A DNA stretch of 63,766 nt, counting the filler, from Welwitschia mirabilis (lineage: Eukaryota): the NCBI GenBank assembly GCA_051453625.1. It is 5 parts of one record of this genome, joined end to end, with 100 filler letters (N's around TTAATTAATTAA, not from the genome) between each part and the next. Parts side by side here need not be neighbours in the genome. Positions count along the whole stretch, not along the records: positions 29,776 to 52,480 come from JBOZIK010000001.1; 4 more parts are not named here. One strand, given 5' to 3'. The notes under the pieces were generated by a model. The model did no database searches, was not told where the DNA came from, and saw only the letters and a list, made by a program, of their open reading frames with translations. How positions within the stretch are numbered: the stretch's first letter is position 1; every line of letters starts with the position of its first letter. Positions 37,924 to 52,580 of this stretch are shown piece after piece. Made by a program: the position numbers and the translations under genes.

Positions 37924-39840
37924 TTAATAGAGTTCTAGTAAGAAACTTTACTTCTAGAACTCCATATGAGCTTTGGTCTAGTAAGAAATCTATGGTAAGT
38001 TGTCTTTATGTATTTGGTTTAAAATGTTTTCTATTGAATCAAATCTATTATCTCAAAAAAATTCTTTCCAAAGTTGATGAAGGTGTTTTTCTAAGATATT
38101 CAATAATTATCAAATCCTACCAAGTGTTCAATAAGAGAACATGAGTGGTAGAAACTATAAATATTAAAATCGATGATATTATCTCAGCATGCATTTAAAT
38201 GCAAGATAAGTACATGCACATAGAATTAAAACAAACTATTACAAAAATTAAACTTTTATAAAAATGATTAAACTCAAATAGAGTTAATAAACTATCAACA
38301 TCATTAATAGTTCATATGTTGCTATGCAAATAAGAATTTGGACTAAGGATATTTCTGGATATGCAACATAGATATATCAATGAAGTCAAATAAGTTCAAC
38401 AAGAATAAATGTAATAAAAATTGGATTTTATCTATGCAAGAAGAGTTAAAAGTATTTGAATGATGTGATATTTGAGAATTTATTCCAAGGTTAACAAATA
38501 GACCCATAATAGGACTAAAATGGATGTTTAGAAATAGAAATAAATAAGAATGAAAATGTCATAAAAAATGAGGCAAGACTAGTGGTAAAGGAGTATAATC
38601 AACAATAAGGAATAGACCTTGAAGAGATGTTTACTCTAGTATCATGTATATAATTAATCAAAATGTTTCTAGATTTTGCATATGTCAAAGAAATTATGCT
38701 CTATCAAATAGATGTTAAGAGTGCACAACCTAAAAGATTTTACTAACTCCCATAATATAGATTATGTTTATAGGTTAAAAGAGACCCTTTATGATCTAAA
38801 GAAAGCACCTAGAGCTTAGTGTGAAAAGCTCTTAAATCACTTTCTAAAAAAACGAGTTCAAAAGAGAACATATAATATTACTTTATTTATAAATATATAT
38901 GATAATTATTTTATTAATATGTAAATATATGTTAATGATATTACATGTGATGCTACTAATGAACTATTATGTAATAAGTTTACTAAAATCATGTAGGATG
39001 AATTTCAGATGAGTCTCATGGAAGAGATGAATAACTTCTAAGGTACATTTATTTCCCAAGCCAAATATATTAAGAACTTATTAATCAAGTATGAACTATA
39101 AGAGTACAAGGTGAAAGGAACACTAATGAACAAAATTATAAAATTGAATAAAGAAAAACATGATAATGATGTTAATCAAAAGTCATATAATTAGTAGTCT
39201 ACTTTAACTTATTATAAGTAGATTAGATATCAAGTGAAATATAGGTATTTATGCATGCTATTAAAGGGATCTTAGTGAATCACATCTTACTATAATTAAT
39301 AGAATTTTTCATTATTTAAAAAGTACTAATAATTAAGGTCCTTTGTACTCAAAGGATTCCTTATCTTAATCTAGTTGGGTATTATGATGCAAATTGGATA
39401 GGTTGCAATGATGATAGGAGAAGCATAACTAGTGACTACTGCCTACTAGGATAATGTTTGGTATCTTGGATTAATAAGAAGAAAGCCTTAACTACTCTTT
39501 CAATAGGTAAAGCAAAATACATTACTACAGGTAGCTATTGTGCATAGGTATTAAGGATGAAGTACATATTGAAGGACTTTGAACTCATAAAAGAGAGTAT
39601 TCCCATCTATTATGATAATAAGAACACAATAAATATATTTAAAAGTTCCATTCAGCATTCCAGAATAAAGTGCATCATGATACAATAACATTTTCTTCGA
39701 GAACATGTGTAAAATAAAGACATTTCACTAGACTATGTCAAAACATAAGATTAGCTTATAAATGTATTCATAAAACTATTAAGTGGTGAAAGGTTCATTA
39801 AGAAATATGCTATGACTTAGGGATTGAGCCTTGTCCAATT
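37924..39840 (+). pseudogene. Copia (SIRE-like) pol, C-terminal piece: integrase end, RT, RNase H
   Basis: RTPYELW, KVDEGVFL, EARLVVKEYNQQ*GID, LYQIDVKSA, *IYVNDI, DANWIGCNDDRRSIT; continues 16835-17938. Confidence 0.88.
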
Positions 39841-42200
39841 AGGCAAGTCATTAGATAAATCTTTTCTAAATCTTAATTTGGTATCTCACCTAACACATTC
39901 TTTGTAAGTTGAGTTACTTACACTAGCCACTTGTAGTTTATCTTGTATGAGAAATATGATTTTACAACCTTAAGAAAAGTTTTCATAGCCTAGTTAAATA
40001 AACCTATATCATTTTTCATCTATTTACTTCTTAGTTAAAATATACTAATAATGGCATTAGTAGAAGTAAATCTAACAGTTTTTAGAAATGTAGGGTAGAC
40101 ATCTTTTAATTATGAATGTGTCTATTATGAAGATGTCTTTGAATCTAAAGACATCTCTTGGAAATATGTCTTTCATGGTAAAAATATCTTTGGCTATTAG
40201 CTACCAATACTTTAAGTAAGATGTCTTTGAAATAGGTAGATGTCTTATTTTTTCATTACAGACATCTTAAGTTTTACAGAAATCTTTGTCAACTTTAGAT
40301 AATACTTTGAATATTTAATAGCTAGNNNNNNNNNNNNNNNNNNNNNNNNNNNNNNNNNNNNNNNNNNNNNNNNNNNNNNNNNNNNNNNNNNNNNNNNNNN
40401 NNNNNNNNNNNNNNNNNNNNNNNNNNNNNNNNNNNNNNNNNNNNNNNNNNNNNNNNNNNNNNNNNNNNNNNNNNNNNNNNNNNNNNNNNNNNNNNNNNNN
40501 NNNNNNNNNNNNNNNNNNNNNNNNNNNNNNNNNNNNNNNNNNNNNNNNNNNNNNNNNNNNNNNNNNNNNNNNNNNNNNNNNNNNNNNNNNNNNNNNNNNN
40601 NNNNNNNNNNNNNNNNNNNNNNNNNNNNNNNNNNNNNNNNNNNNNNNNNNNNNNNNNNNNNNNNNNNNNNNNNNNNNNNNNNNNNNNNNNNNNNNNNNNN
40701 NNNNNNNNNNNNNNNNNNNNNNNNNNNNNNNNNNNNNNNNNNNNNNNNNNNNNNNNNNNNNNNNNNNNNNNNNNNNNNNNNNNNNNNNNNNNNNNNNNNN
40801 NNNNNNNNNNNNNNNNNNNNNNNNNNNNNNNNNNNNNNNNNNNNNNNNNNNNNNNNNNNNNNNNNNNNNNNNNNNNNNNNNNNNNNNNNNNNNNNNNNNN
40901 NNNNNNNNNGACATCTATTTTCATTGTTAAAAGATATCTGAAATTAAAAAACCATAAAAAGCTAGGATTTAACCCTATTTAAAATATATGAAGGATACAT
41001 CATCTAATTCTCACTACTCTTTTCACTGGTATCCCTATTAGTGTACCCACTATATATTCTTTTCTTAGATTGCTCTAGTCAGATGTCTTTAACTTGGAAG
41101 AAGTCTTTATAACTAGAAAAAAATTAAGGGAAAATCTTTTATAGATGTGCATTTTTAGTTCTTATTCATTTAATTTTCAGTAATAAACTTAAACTCATGA
41201 CTAAAAATTTCTTTAAATTCTTAAGAGAAGATATCCAAAATTTTGAAAGGGTGTGTGAAACTTCCATCATTAGAATAAATAGAAAGAATATTACAAGCTA
41301 ATGAAGGATCAAATATTAATATTTTAAACAAAGGATTTAGAAGGATTATCACCAGTTTGAAGATAGCATAAATAAGACTGAAAATAATGATCATAGGCCT
41401 ATTAAGTTTCTATGTGTTGAATTAAACCAAACATATTAAGTTTAGCTTCTTAAAAAAAAAGATTAATGGAATCCCTTTCAAGAGTTATAGTGATGGATTT
41501 GGCTTTCGAACATCAAGAAAAAGCCTCTTTTTTAAAGTAATAATTATCATTCTATAAAATTCCTTTATGGAAGTTAATGATCAATAATAATTTTTCCCAT
41601 TAAGAGCACTAATGCATAGTATTATTTGATAAGTTAGGCATTGATCAGAGATTAAAAATTAGAGATATAACATATTTATAAGAATAAATATGGTATTGAA
41701 ATAAAATTTTAGTCTCAAAAAGGTTTAACAATTAAAACTCTAAAGTATTTTTAGGGTGAAAAAGTCATAAAAAATAGATGTAAAGAAGATGATGATAAGA
41801 AGATGTCCATTAATATTGCCAAGTTCTATGTAATTTTTGTGAGAAAAAATAAACTTAATATAAATTCTTTAGTAATAAGATTTTTTATATCAATTTGTTA
41901 ACTCACTTTAAAGCATTAAAAAAACAAAAATTTCTCTATTTTCTCCCTAGTTGAGGTAACCATGTTGAAGCTATCTATAAAGCACTAAATAATATTTAGC
42001 AAATCCCATAAATTTTACTAAATAAGATATCTTTTCTTTTTTATTTTTATTATTCCAAGCATAGATAAATACAGTATCAAATTTTAATTCTACCAATAAT
42101 TTAAAGCCATATTATGGCATTACCACTAATAATACCATAGTGCATAATTGTTGGACTTCGAGAAGTATGCATTAGTAGCATAAAACCACTGTGACCTTAG
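39841..42200 (+). mobile_element. Post-pol region of the SIRE-like element (motif array, probable env-like remnant)
   Basis: AGACATCT/AGATGTCT array at ~40095-40270, like the one in LTR 15356-16834. The coding remnant is too decayed to read and the right boundary is approximate. Confidence 0.45.
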
Positions 42201-43479
42201 GTGAGAGGTAGATAAGAATATATATCTAACAACAATATAATTAAAATAAAATAAATATCATTATCCTTAATTTTAACTTATTTTAAACTAATAATACTAA
42301 AGAAAGAAAAAAAACTGGTAAGAACTTTTTGATATGAAATTTTTATAAAAGATGAGATACCCCTCTAATATTTTAATACCATAAATTCAAGTAGAAAGAA
42401 AAACATCATAGGCATCATCCACATGAAAGCTCTAATCATATCCACTCTTATTACTTAAATATATAATTCTAGTAGCATTAACTCTATCATTTGTACATTC
42501 TTGAGAAAGGAAAGAAAACCTACTCTCTGAATATAGCAAAATAGCATGCTTACTATTGTAAGACAAAATCAATTATATTTCACATCATTACTAGAGTATG
42601 TTTTAGGCTTATTTATTAGATCATTAGTGGAATAATAGAAAATTTTAATTCATTTTCATGGATAATCAAAAGAATATAACATTTTAAAAAAATCCAATGC
42701 ATTTTTATGAATAGTCAAAGGAATATACTTTTTTAGCATTTCTGACCTTTTCTAGATAATTTTTTAGCACAATGCATTTGTGATCCTAGTGGTAGTCTCT
42801 GATAGATAATTGATAAGGTGATGACAAGGTTCAATAGCATGAAATACTTTGTTTATAATTAATGAATAATGATTTATAACTAATGGTTTATAACTAGTTA
42901 ATACTCATTCCATCTGTTACTAAATTTATAATGTAATTACCAATCAATCCATTACTAGATTATTATTGTAACCCTGACTTAGTCCATTATTAATGTCTTA
43001 TCATAATTTAATCAATCTATTACCAAATTATTGTTATAGCCTTAATAGATATATTACTAAATTATTATTATAACTATTAATACAAACCTATAAATACCAC
43101 TAAGCATTCCATTTCTTTATTTCTTTCTTTTTTCTCCTTCTTCTTCTTCTTCTTCTTCTTCTTTTCTTTCTTTCTTTCTTTTTTTCTTTCTTTATTTTTT
43201 TTTTTTCCTTTTTCTTTTTCTTGCATTGAAAGTAGACTTTGACATTATAACATTTAGAGTAANNNNNNNNNNNNNNNNNNNNNNNNNNNNNNNNNNNNNN
43301 NNNNNNNNNNNNNNNNNNNNNNNNNNNNNNNNNNNNNNNNNNNNNNNNNNNNNNNNNNNNNNTTCTTTCTTTCTTTCTTTTTTTCTTTCTTTATTTTTTT
43401 TTTTCCTTTTTCTTTTTCTTGCATTGAAAGTAGACTTTGACATTAGAACATTTAGAGTAAGAAACCCATTAGCTTGTGA

Positions 43480-46400
43480 AATAAGTTCTCTTTAATGTTG
43501 AGATATGTTTCCTCTATTGAGATATTACTATTTATAAGTGGATGCATTTAAAGTAAAATTCATAATAAAAGCAAGTGCTTCTTCTCAAATCCTTTCTCCA
43601 AGTCTTCCTTATACTCTATATTAATGTCAATTTAATACCACTCTAGAGTGAATATAATATTAGTATAGAGGATAATGGTCAGCTCAAGTGATAATGAGTT
43701 AGTAATTGATTACATTTAGAAAATTACATTTAATTTCCAATTCATGTTTGATTTCCATTGCATGTCATTCATTTCATTCATCATTTGCATTGTTATTTTA
43801 TTTCCTTACTTAATTGAAAATATTAAAAAAACAATTATTTATCTTTTGAATAAATTAATTTTCTAATATTTCTTTATTTACTTGATTAATTTACAATGTT
43901 CAAGTTATACACTATGCTAGCATATGTTATGTGCTAATATTGTAGGTTTAATTGATAAGTGAAGAAATATTTCATTAATGCATGCTTGAGAGATAATCAT
44001 TTTAGTATCATTATTAGGGAAGCATTTAATATTGAAATTTTTCTTCTTATTGCATAAGTGAGTAACTTGATTTTAGGACTGTTTACTTGTGTAGTATGTA
44101 TTTATAGTTTTTCTTTCTTTTCGTTTATACTTTAGTTTCCATTTTATCTTTATTGTTAGATAATTTTTTATTTGAACTTGTAAATTATCACTTATACAAC
44201 AAACATGGCCTACACTTTGTGATATGTGCAATCAAAGTAATTTTACATTCATTGTTTGGATAACCTCCTCCTTGTACTTTGTGTGATTTGGAAGAGTTTC
44301 TTCACTTAGGTGTAAAGAAGTTTATTTTACATTTTGTGATCATAAAGGATAATGGTGGAGCACTATAGAGAAAAACATTTCTTTGATTGATTGATTTTCA
44401 TTCAATAACTAAACATAAATTGTTTTTAAAGAGTAGAGCCAGATGGGCTTTTTTTTTCCTTTTTTTGCTTTTCTTCATAATAATTTGTAAAGTTTTTTTC
44501 TTATGTTTTTCTTGCTTACATACATCCTATTCTAATCCTACTTGCTATCCAAATAAATTATTCTTATTCTCTTTTCTCACTTACTCCTACAAATGGAAAG
44601 AAAACAATACATAAAATCTTTGTTGAAAAAGAGAAACTTTTCATTGAAGAATGTTGGTAAAACTATGAATTAGATCCTTTTTTTTCCAATCTTTATTTAG
44701 ACATGATGATGAGTATTAACATTTGAGGAATTATTTTTCAATTAGAGAAGTATTTAATAATTTAGCTAGTAAAGCCTAGCTCCTTCCATAGAGGAATATG
44801 AAGAAAGATTATTAGGATAAGAAATGGATTCTCTATATCAATGTTTTTATCAAAGTATAAAACAAAGTGATAGATTCAAGAATAATTTGGATAANNNNNN
44901 NNNNNNNNNNNNNNNNNNNNNNNNNNNNNNNNNNNNNNNNNNNNNNNNNNNNNNNNNNNNNNNNNNNNNNNNNNNNNNNNNNNNNNNNNNNNNNNNNNNN
45001 NNNNNNNNNNNNNNNNNNNNNNNNNNNNNNNNNNNNNNNNNNNNNNNNNNNNNNNNNNNNNNNNNNNNNNNNNNNNNNNNNNNNNNNNNNNNNNNNNNNN
45101 NNNNNNNNNNNNNNNNNNNNNNNNNNNNNNNNNNNNNNNNNNNNNNNNNNNNNNNNNNNNNNNNNNNNNNNNNNNNNNNNNNNNNNNNNNNNNNNNNNNN
45201 NNNNNNNNNNNNNNNNNNNNNNNNNNNNNNNNNNNNNNNNNNNNNNNNNNNNNNNNNNNNNNNNNNNNNNNNNNNNNNNNNNNNNNNNNNNNNNNNNNNN
45301 NNNNNNNNNNNNNNNNNNNNNNNNNNNNNNNNNNNNNNNNNNNNNNNNNNNNNNNNNNNNNNNNNNNNNNNNNNNNNNNNNNNNNNNNNNNNNNNNNNNN
45401 NNNNNNNNNNNNNNNNNNNNNNNNNNNNNNNNNNNATGAAAATGAAATGATACAATTAGATGAACAATGTCTAATATTCCACACTATAGAAAATAGCTAA
45501 TGTAAGGATAACAATCCTTTAAATCATAAATTGAATAAGAATCATGAGGATAATGGTTTATTAGATGATGATATAAAGATATTAAATTATATGTACTTAT
45601 GTTTGAAATATAAATATAATAATAAAGCATTAATCCAATTGGAAACAAAATCTAAAAATGTCCCAATCTTTGATAAATATAGTAATTACATTTCTCTCTA
45701 TAAGCTTATTAGTTAATATAACANNNNNNNNNNNNNNNNNNNNNNNNNNNNNNNNNNNNNNNNNNNNNNNNNNAAGGAGGATAAGGAAGAATCCATGAAA
45801 ATTTAATAAAATCCAATAGATAATAGACTTACTAGATCCACTGAAACATTAAAACGTGAAGAATCTAATCATGTTAAGAATTCTTTTTCATTCCTTCCAC
45901 TTGTACTTCCATGTAAAACTCAAAATAACAACCTTTTTTATGCTTCCAATCCCAAAGTATCTTATGCTTGTGTTAATCTTTACAGTTTTCAAAAACATGA
46001 TTTAAAATTTCTTGGAATTTTGAGTTGGAAAAAACCTTACTTTCTTGATAAAAATCCATGCCTTAAGTTGAATATGAGGGAACTTATTAGTTACATTAAA
46101 TATATCCTAATCAATAATCCTAATAAGCTTTCTAATATTTCTTAAATCCATCCTTTCTTTTCTGAGAGTACCACTAATCAATCACTAAATAAAAATTATG
46201 CTTACAATACTTTACACCAAATTAATAAGAGATTGTTTGACATTAAAAGATATCAAATATTTATCTTTGATTTAACTATTACAATATTTAAAATTAAGAT
46301 CCTATCAAAATATTTTCTTTATTACTAACTAGTTCTTCTTAAAAATGATCATATACCCTTTATGTTCTATCAATTGGTCTCTACATCATTTCATTTGTAT

Positions 46401-47590
46401 ATTATCCAAAATGTGATTTCTACATGGTTTAGGCCTTATTTTACTAATAAAGTTAACTTTGAAATAATTAGGTTCTTATTTTATAGAGAAAGAGAATTGT
46501 AATGAATCTATTAAGGTTTTTTAATTAAAATTCTATGAGAGACTAATGGTTAAAGGAAAATGATCACTAAGAGTGTGGTCCTCCCTTTGTTATTATCTAA
46601 GTGATTTCTTAGCTGGATTCCTTAGCTGGGATATTTTATTATTTGATCATATTTTTACTTGATTTTATGCTAGATTCCATTTAAGTTTTCATTTTAGTAA
46701 TTTTACTTGAGGCATTCTAGGTGGTAATATTATATTTTAGATAATATTAAGACATTTTTATATTTATGAACTTTATACTAAAAGCAAATTATCTATGCTA
46801 TCCTATTACACTATCAATTATGTCAAATTAGATGCTTCACAGCAGCTATGTACTTTATCAATTTATCATTCTAATGATTACTTGATATTTTTAAAATTAA
46901 AAAAAACAAAAGAAAAATTTATGACTCTTTTAATTTTATGATCTTCTACTATAAGTGAACTGAGATAAAGTTTTCCAAAAGGATCCTTTGATAAGGTGAC
47001 ATGATAGTTGTGGGAACTTTATTAGAGGGTAAGTTGATCATGATCTAGCTTATACTTATGGATCCATCTTTTTTTAGTAGTGGTTATACAAATAACTTCA
47101 TACTTTCAATTCTTATTGAATATACACTATCAAGTTCTTTTATCGATCAAGTAAATTCATTAGTTAATTAGTTTAAGTCTCCTTAAATTTGATGGATATT
47201 AAGTACATTAATTATTCATCTTTCATGATTATTTTAAGGCTCATCAATCTTCATATGATAAATGAGATTATGTCACCATTACCTAAGTTGTTATTTCTTA
47301 ATAGTTTAAAGTGTATTTTAAGAAGGTGTAAAATCTCATTAAAGTGAAAAAAGCTAGTGGATCAATCAAGTAAATGCTTGAAGCTTTCTAGCTTCCCTAA
47401 TTCTCTAACCAAAGTTTCAAAATATTTTTCAACTCTCTTTTATTTTCCCTTTCTTTTCTAACTTTTTAATTAAGAAACATTATGAAATTTCTTAAAGCCA
47501 ATCCTAACTATTCATGTAAAAGAAGGATACTGAGTTCTAACTCAAATATAAACTTGATTCATATACTGAAATAAATACATGTTAACATGT
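43480..47590 (+). mobile_element. Athila-like non-autonomous element D carrying the unidentified ORF
   Basis: LTR-like end at ~43999 and decayed PBS TAGTATCATTATTAGGGA (44003-44020). 3' blocks 46710-46780 and 46945-47090 are homologous to A2 5420-5490 and 5670-5805. Boundaries are approximate. Confidence 0.6.
45807..46470 (+). pseudogene. Unidentified retroelement-borne ORF, copy 2
   Basis: Frame reading LVLPCKTQNNNL...YSFQKHDLKFLGILSWKKPYFLDKNPCLKLNMRELI, then KRLFD and LVLLKNDHIPFMFYQL...WFRPYF; homologous to 10081-10789. Confidence 0.65.
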
Positions 47591-47769
47591 AAAAATTGAC
47601 ATTATGATCAAGTTAATTGACTAATTTATCTTAATTGAAGATATTAATAGAACTAGTTTATCATAAAAATATGTCTTCTATCCTTTTTCTCCATTAATCT
47701 TAAACTTATCATCTGTCCATAACATTTTCAAGAAACTTATTATACTTTTAAGAACAAATTAAAATTTAA

Positions 47770-50700
47770 TGATCATTCATCCTAGAATGTTAATGCTACC
47801 ATCCAGATCACCTAGTACCACTAGTTCTTCTATACAAAATGCTTTAAAACTCACATTCTTGACTTATCATATAAAATTTAATCTAATGCACTTATGTAAT
47901 TAATCAAATTTCACATTAAAAATAAGTATCATCTTTGATGACATGTGATGGTAATGATGATAATACACAATAGTGACGTATGACATTACTAAGTAGAATG
48001 ATGGTAGAAACACAACATGACAACATTGGTTAGTGAAGAAGTAGCATTCAAAAGTCTAATGTTAGCCTCATCATAATGATCTCCACCTAATGAAAGATGA
48101 TAAATGCTCTACCTAATGCTACATATTACATTTTATAACTACTCACCTAACACTATGAATCAAAGGCTTCTAACAATCTCCCACCTCCATCCTTACTTAT
48201 ACAACTGTCTTAAGTCCTTCATTATAACATCCTTCACTTTCAAAAAGAATAGAATTCTTAAAGTGTCAATTTGATATAGTCTTCTGAGTCCTTTCTTTAG
48301 GGAGTAAGCTTGTTATAAGAATAGCTTAAGGAGTCCCTTTTAGCTTCCTTCTTCTTTTGGTTATGTAATGTATTTTTTTTAATTAATAGAAAGTAGATGT
48401 TATTTTGATCTTAAATCACAAATAATTTCATATTAATGCTCAGCAAATCTACTCTATCATGTTCTTTTATTAACCAAGTGAATTTATTAGTTAATTAATA
48501 CAAGTTCTTTTTACTTTAATGGATCTTAAGAATACTAAGTATTTACTTTTCATGCTTATTTAAGGCTATAACAAACTAAGTAACTTTTAAATTCACGAAT
48601 CCTCATAGGTTGAATGAGATTATGTTACTATAACTTAAGCTATTATTAATTGATATTTTAAAGTATGTTTGAGGAAGATGCAAGCCTTCATTAGAGTGAA
48701 GAAGAGCTAGTGGATGAATTGGGTGAACCCTTGGAGCTTGCTTTCCTTTTCATTCTCTAATTAAAGTTTCAAAACATTTTTCAGCTCTCTCTTATTATTC
48801 CTTTATTTTATAACTTATAAGTCAAACAAGATTGTGTAATCTCTAAAAGACAACCCAAATCACCCTTGTGGAAGAATGAAATTAATTTTTAAGTTTTAAA
48901 TTTAGTTCATGTATTAAAACACATAATAGTTTGGCATAATTTCTAGGAATAATGGCGTGATAGCTACTCAAACAAAGCACAAATTTTATTTTCTTGTAAG
49001 ATTTTTAGTTAGTTTTTATTTTTTTATTAGTGGATACTAGTTTACTCCAGTGATATTCGAACTAGACCTCTTTCTTTTTTTTTTTTTTTTTGGTAAATTA
49101 TTGTTTTCTTTCTTTCTACTGGTTAGTATTGGTTATTTTCTATGATACTTGAACTAGTCGTGATTTGAGTTTTTTCTAATTTTCTTTACTCTAACTTGAT
49201 TTTTATATGGGTCTAATAGTATTTTTATATGTTGTTTAACAGTGTTTTTATATGTTGTAATAGGCCAAAAAACTAAAAATTAAACTAATTAATTTGCATT
49301 CTTTTTATTATTTTCCATGTTCTTATAATTTATTGGCTTAATTTTCTATGTGAAATCACTACAACAAATAGTAAAAGCATTTATAAAAATTATGATTTAA
49401 TTTTTGTTAGGATTGGTTTTGAGTGTTATCATTTTTTATTTCTATCATGATTTTTTACAACCCTATGACATCAAACATTTTATGATAAGTATGCAAGTTC
49501 CTTTGCTTTTTCTACAACTCTAATTTTCATCTTGACTAGCATTATTGCTTTTCTCACTAGTATTATTAGCTTTCTTGCATAAAAATTTTTGAAACATTTT
49601 TAAAGACCTCTGATAAAACTTACAAACTCTTTTATCTTTTGGGATATATGAAAAACCTTACTAAAACTTATCTAAAACTAGTTTTAAAACTTGCATTTCT
49701 TAGATCTATGATGAATAAGGTAGATTGATCAAAAACCTCTCTAAAATGAATCCTTTTTCTAAATAGAGAAGCACACAACAAAATCAACCTCATGATAACA
49801 CCCAAAGAAAACAATCATCCACCTCTCAAGAAAACCATTCCCATGATAACAATCAAAAAACCAAGCCTCCTCATCCTAATAATAAAATCTAAATAATCCA
49901 TTTAATTTCCAATTTCCCTTTAATAGATCATTCTCAAACCAAGATTTAATAGACCACTTAACTACCTATTACCTTACCTAATAAGCATCCAAAAATAAAA
50001 ATAATATAGCTAAGAAGCCCTTCATGATTATGTTTAACTGTAATTCTTAGGAACACCTTCATGTATAGTGCAACTACTTATAAACTAAAGATTAGAATTC
50101 AAACCATCTAGCATCTAATTCATATCTAACTTCAATGGTTTTCAATTCAAGGGTCCATACTTGCACCTCTAAGAATTTAAATGTGTTTTGTTAACTATCC
50201 TACAATATTTAAACACATATAATACTCTTAGGCTTACTTCATTCCCTTTTTCCCCCTTATCCATTAGAATTTGATTGTTTCTAAATAAGGCCTTCATATC
50301 CAAATTCTTCCAAAATATTAAGACAATTTTCCTGAGAAGAGAGATAATGGACTATCAGCAAAAAGACCATGAGACCTTTTTCCAAGCCTTAGAAAGATTT
50401 AAGAACCTATTAAAAAAATTCATCTAGCTTGGATTTGAGCCAAAGAGGAAGATTAGTTTCTTTTATGATGGATTATCTATAAATAATAGGAAATTAATTA
50501 AGATGATGAGTAAGGAAAGTTTCCTTAGCATGTTGTTAGATGAAGTTTAGGATTACTTAGAAATAGTACCTAAGAGCTTTAAAACTTGGAAGAAGCCTAG
50601 TGAACTATCTAAATTCCATTATCCTATTAGGTCCACAAGAATATTTAAAGGATCTAAGAATTTTAAGATTAATAATCAAATAAACGAATTAGGAAGAAGG

Positions 50701-52480
50701 GTAGAACCTCTAATCACCTCACCTTGACACACACTTTTAGCCATAAAGCTTGAATGCCTAATTTGCCATGTATACATCATGAGATAACTAAGTATCCATA
50801 CATTTCATAATTTTAGAACATAGTAAATGAACAAGTTAATACAGTAGGACACCAATGGTAAAACCAAAAAAATGATTCTTATTTCAACATGTACAATCCC
50901 TTGATGGCAAAGAAATACAATCTAATTAATCAACTAAGAAAATCATTTCCTTTACCCTTCTTTTATCCATTTCAATAAAATTATTAAAAATTAGCTTCAT
51001 CTATTCCTTTTAGGGAATTAGTTATAAAATTTATGGAAACCCAAGTCCAAATCAATTATTACTAGAAGTCAATCTTTAAGCAACATTTATCATTATTAAA
51101 TAACCTTGAACAGAATACTTAATTCATCACTCAAGTTTTTTAACAAGTCCAATAAACCTAAAATTAGATTCTCTCTACCATAAACCAAAGGAAAATAGGT
51201 AAACTACCTATGAGTTCATAACCTAATCCATAAGGCATTTGGTTCATAAAAGGGGATCCAAGCCATATAGAACAAACCAAATCTGTCTATCTTTAAAGTA
51301 GTACAAAGATAAAGAAAGAGGTAAATTTGAGTTATTCTAAAGATTAAGAGAAGGAAAAGGTAAAGGACATAATGTTATTTATAACTTCTTACAAATAATC
51401 TTTACCCTTTCCATAAGCATTGAGTAAATAATATGAAGATCATTTACTATATTTACAATGTCTTAAAAAGGAGAACATAGAACAACAACTAGAGGCCTTA
51501 TAATTTTTTAAAGAAATTAAAATCAACATACCTCTTTTAGAATCAATTATAAAACATTCCCTCCTATGCGAATTTTCTTAGGATATGTACATAATGGAGA
51601 GACACATGAATGTAAAGAATAAAGCCTTTTTAGCCTAATAGACTAGTGCAACTATTTGAAATCAATTTTTATTTGTTACCCAATGATAGTCATTACAATT
51701 AAAAATAAAAATATTAAGTGAGCCTTATTAGACCTAAGATCAGGTATCAATATTATACCCCATTATGTCTATAAGGAACTTGGCTTAAATAATCTAAAAA
51801 AAAATTAAAATCCAATTACAATTGGATAACAACTCTATTGAAGTTATCATTAGAAATAATTGAGTATGTCATAGTTCAATTGAATAATTGCTATTTCCTG
51901 GTAAACTTAATTATTTTATAAATGTAAATAATGAAACATAATTCAATGCTCATTATTTTTATAAGACCTTTTCTTATGACATCTAATGCTCTCATTAATT
52001 ATAGAAATGGTAAAATAAAACTATCATTTAGCAACATAGCTATAAAATTAATTTTTTTCAACATAAGGAAATTACTAAATAATCCTAGATAGGTTAATTT
52101 GGTTAACAAAATTTGTAACTCTGAATGTTCTTCTTATGAGATAATTTCATTACTTGATTCTTATTTTTATAATTCTGAACATAATAATGCCTTTAAGTAT
52201 TTTAAACTAAGTTGTTTCATAAAAAGTCAAGTTATGCCTAAGAAAAGGTTTGTCCTGAAAATCCTAGTGCATTATTACTTAGCTAATAATTTCTTTAAGC
52301 CTTTCACGTATTAAATCCATTTTTAAACCACTTTAGTAAGTCTATAAATCATTCACCCTAGTTATTCCCATATGAATTTCTTAGACTTACAGAATTAGAT
52401 TAATGGCTTTTAATAAAATTTAACAATAAGCCAACTTGATATCACTTATGTAATAGTCATGATTAAGTATACTTATAGAT
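47770..52480 (+). mobile_element. Athila-like element E (LTR to ~48928, PBS, decayed gag-protease), ending at a spacer
   Basis: PBS-like TGGCATAATTTCTAGGAA (48932-48949); gag KAFISKFF...LRREIMDYQQKDHETFFQALERFKNLL (~50287-50412); protease ALLDLRSGINIIP (~51722-51760). The LTR start is approximate. Confidence 0.75.
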
Positions 52481-52580
52481 NNNNNNNNNNNNNNNNNNNN
52501 NNNNNNNNNNNNNNNNNNNNNNNNTTAATTAATTAANNNNNNNNNNNNNNNNNNNNNNNNNNNNNNNNNNNNNNNNNNNN
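52481..52580. other. Artificial contig spacer
   Basis: N44-TTAATTAATTAA-N44. Confidence 0.95.

Noticed and set aside
42770..42845. tRNA/SINE-like A and B box hints (GATCCTAGTGGTA...GGTTCAA)
   Set aside because: No cloverleaf, tail or TSD can be supported.
43160..43460. Near-identical ~100-bp direct repeat flanking a gap
   Set aside because: Typical unmerged contig overlap in low-complexity sequence.
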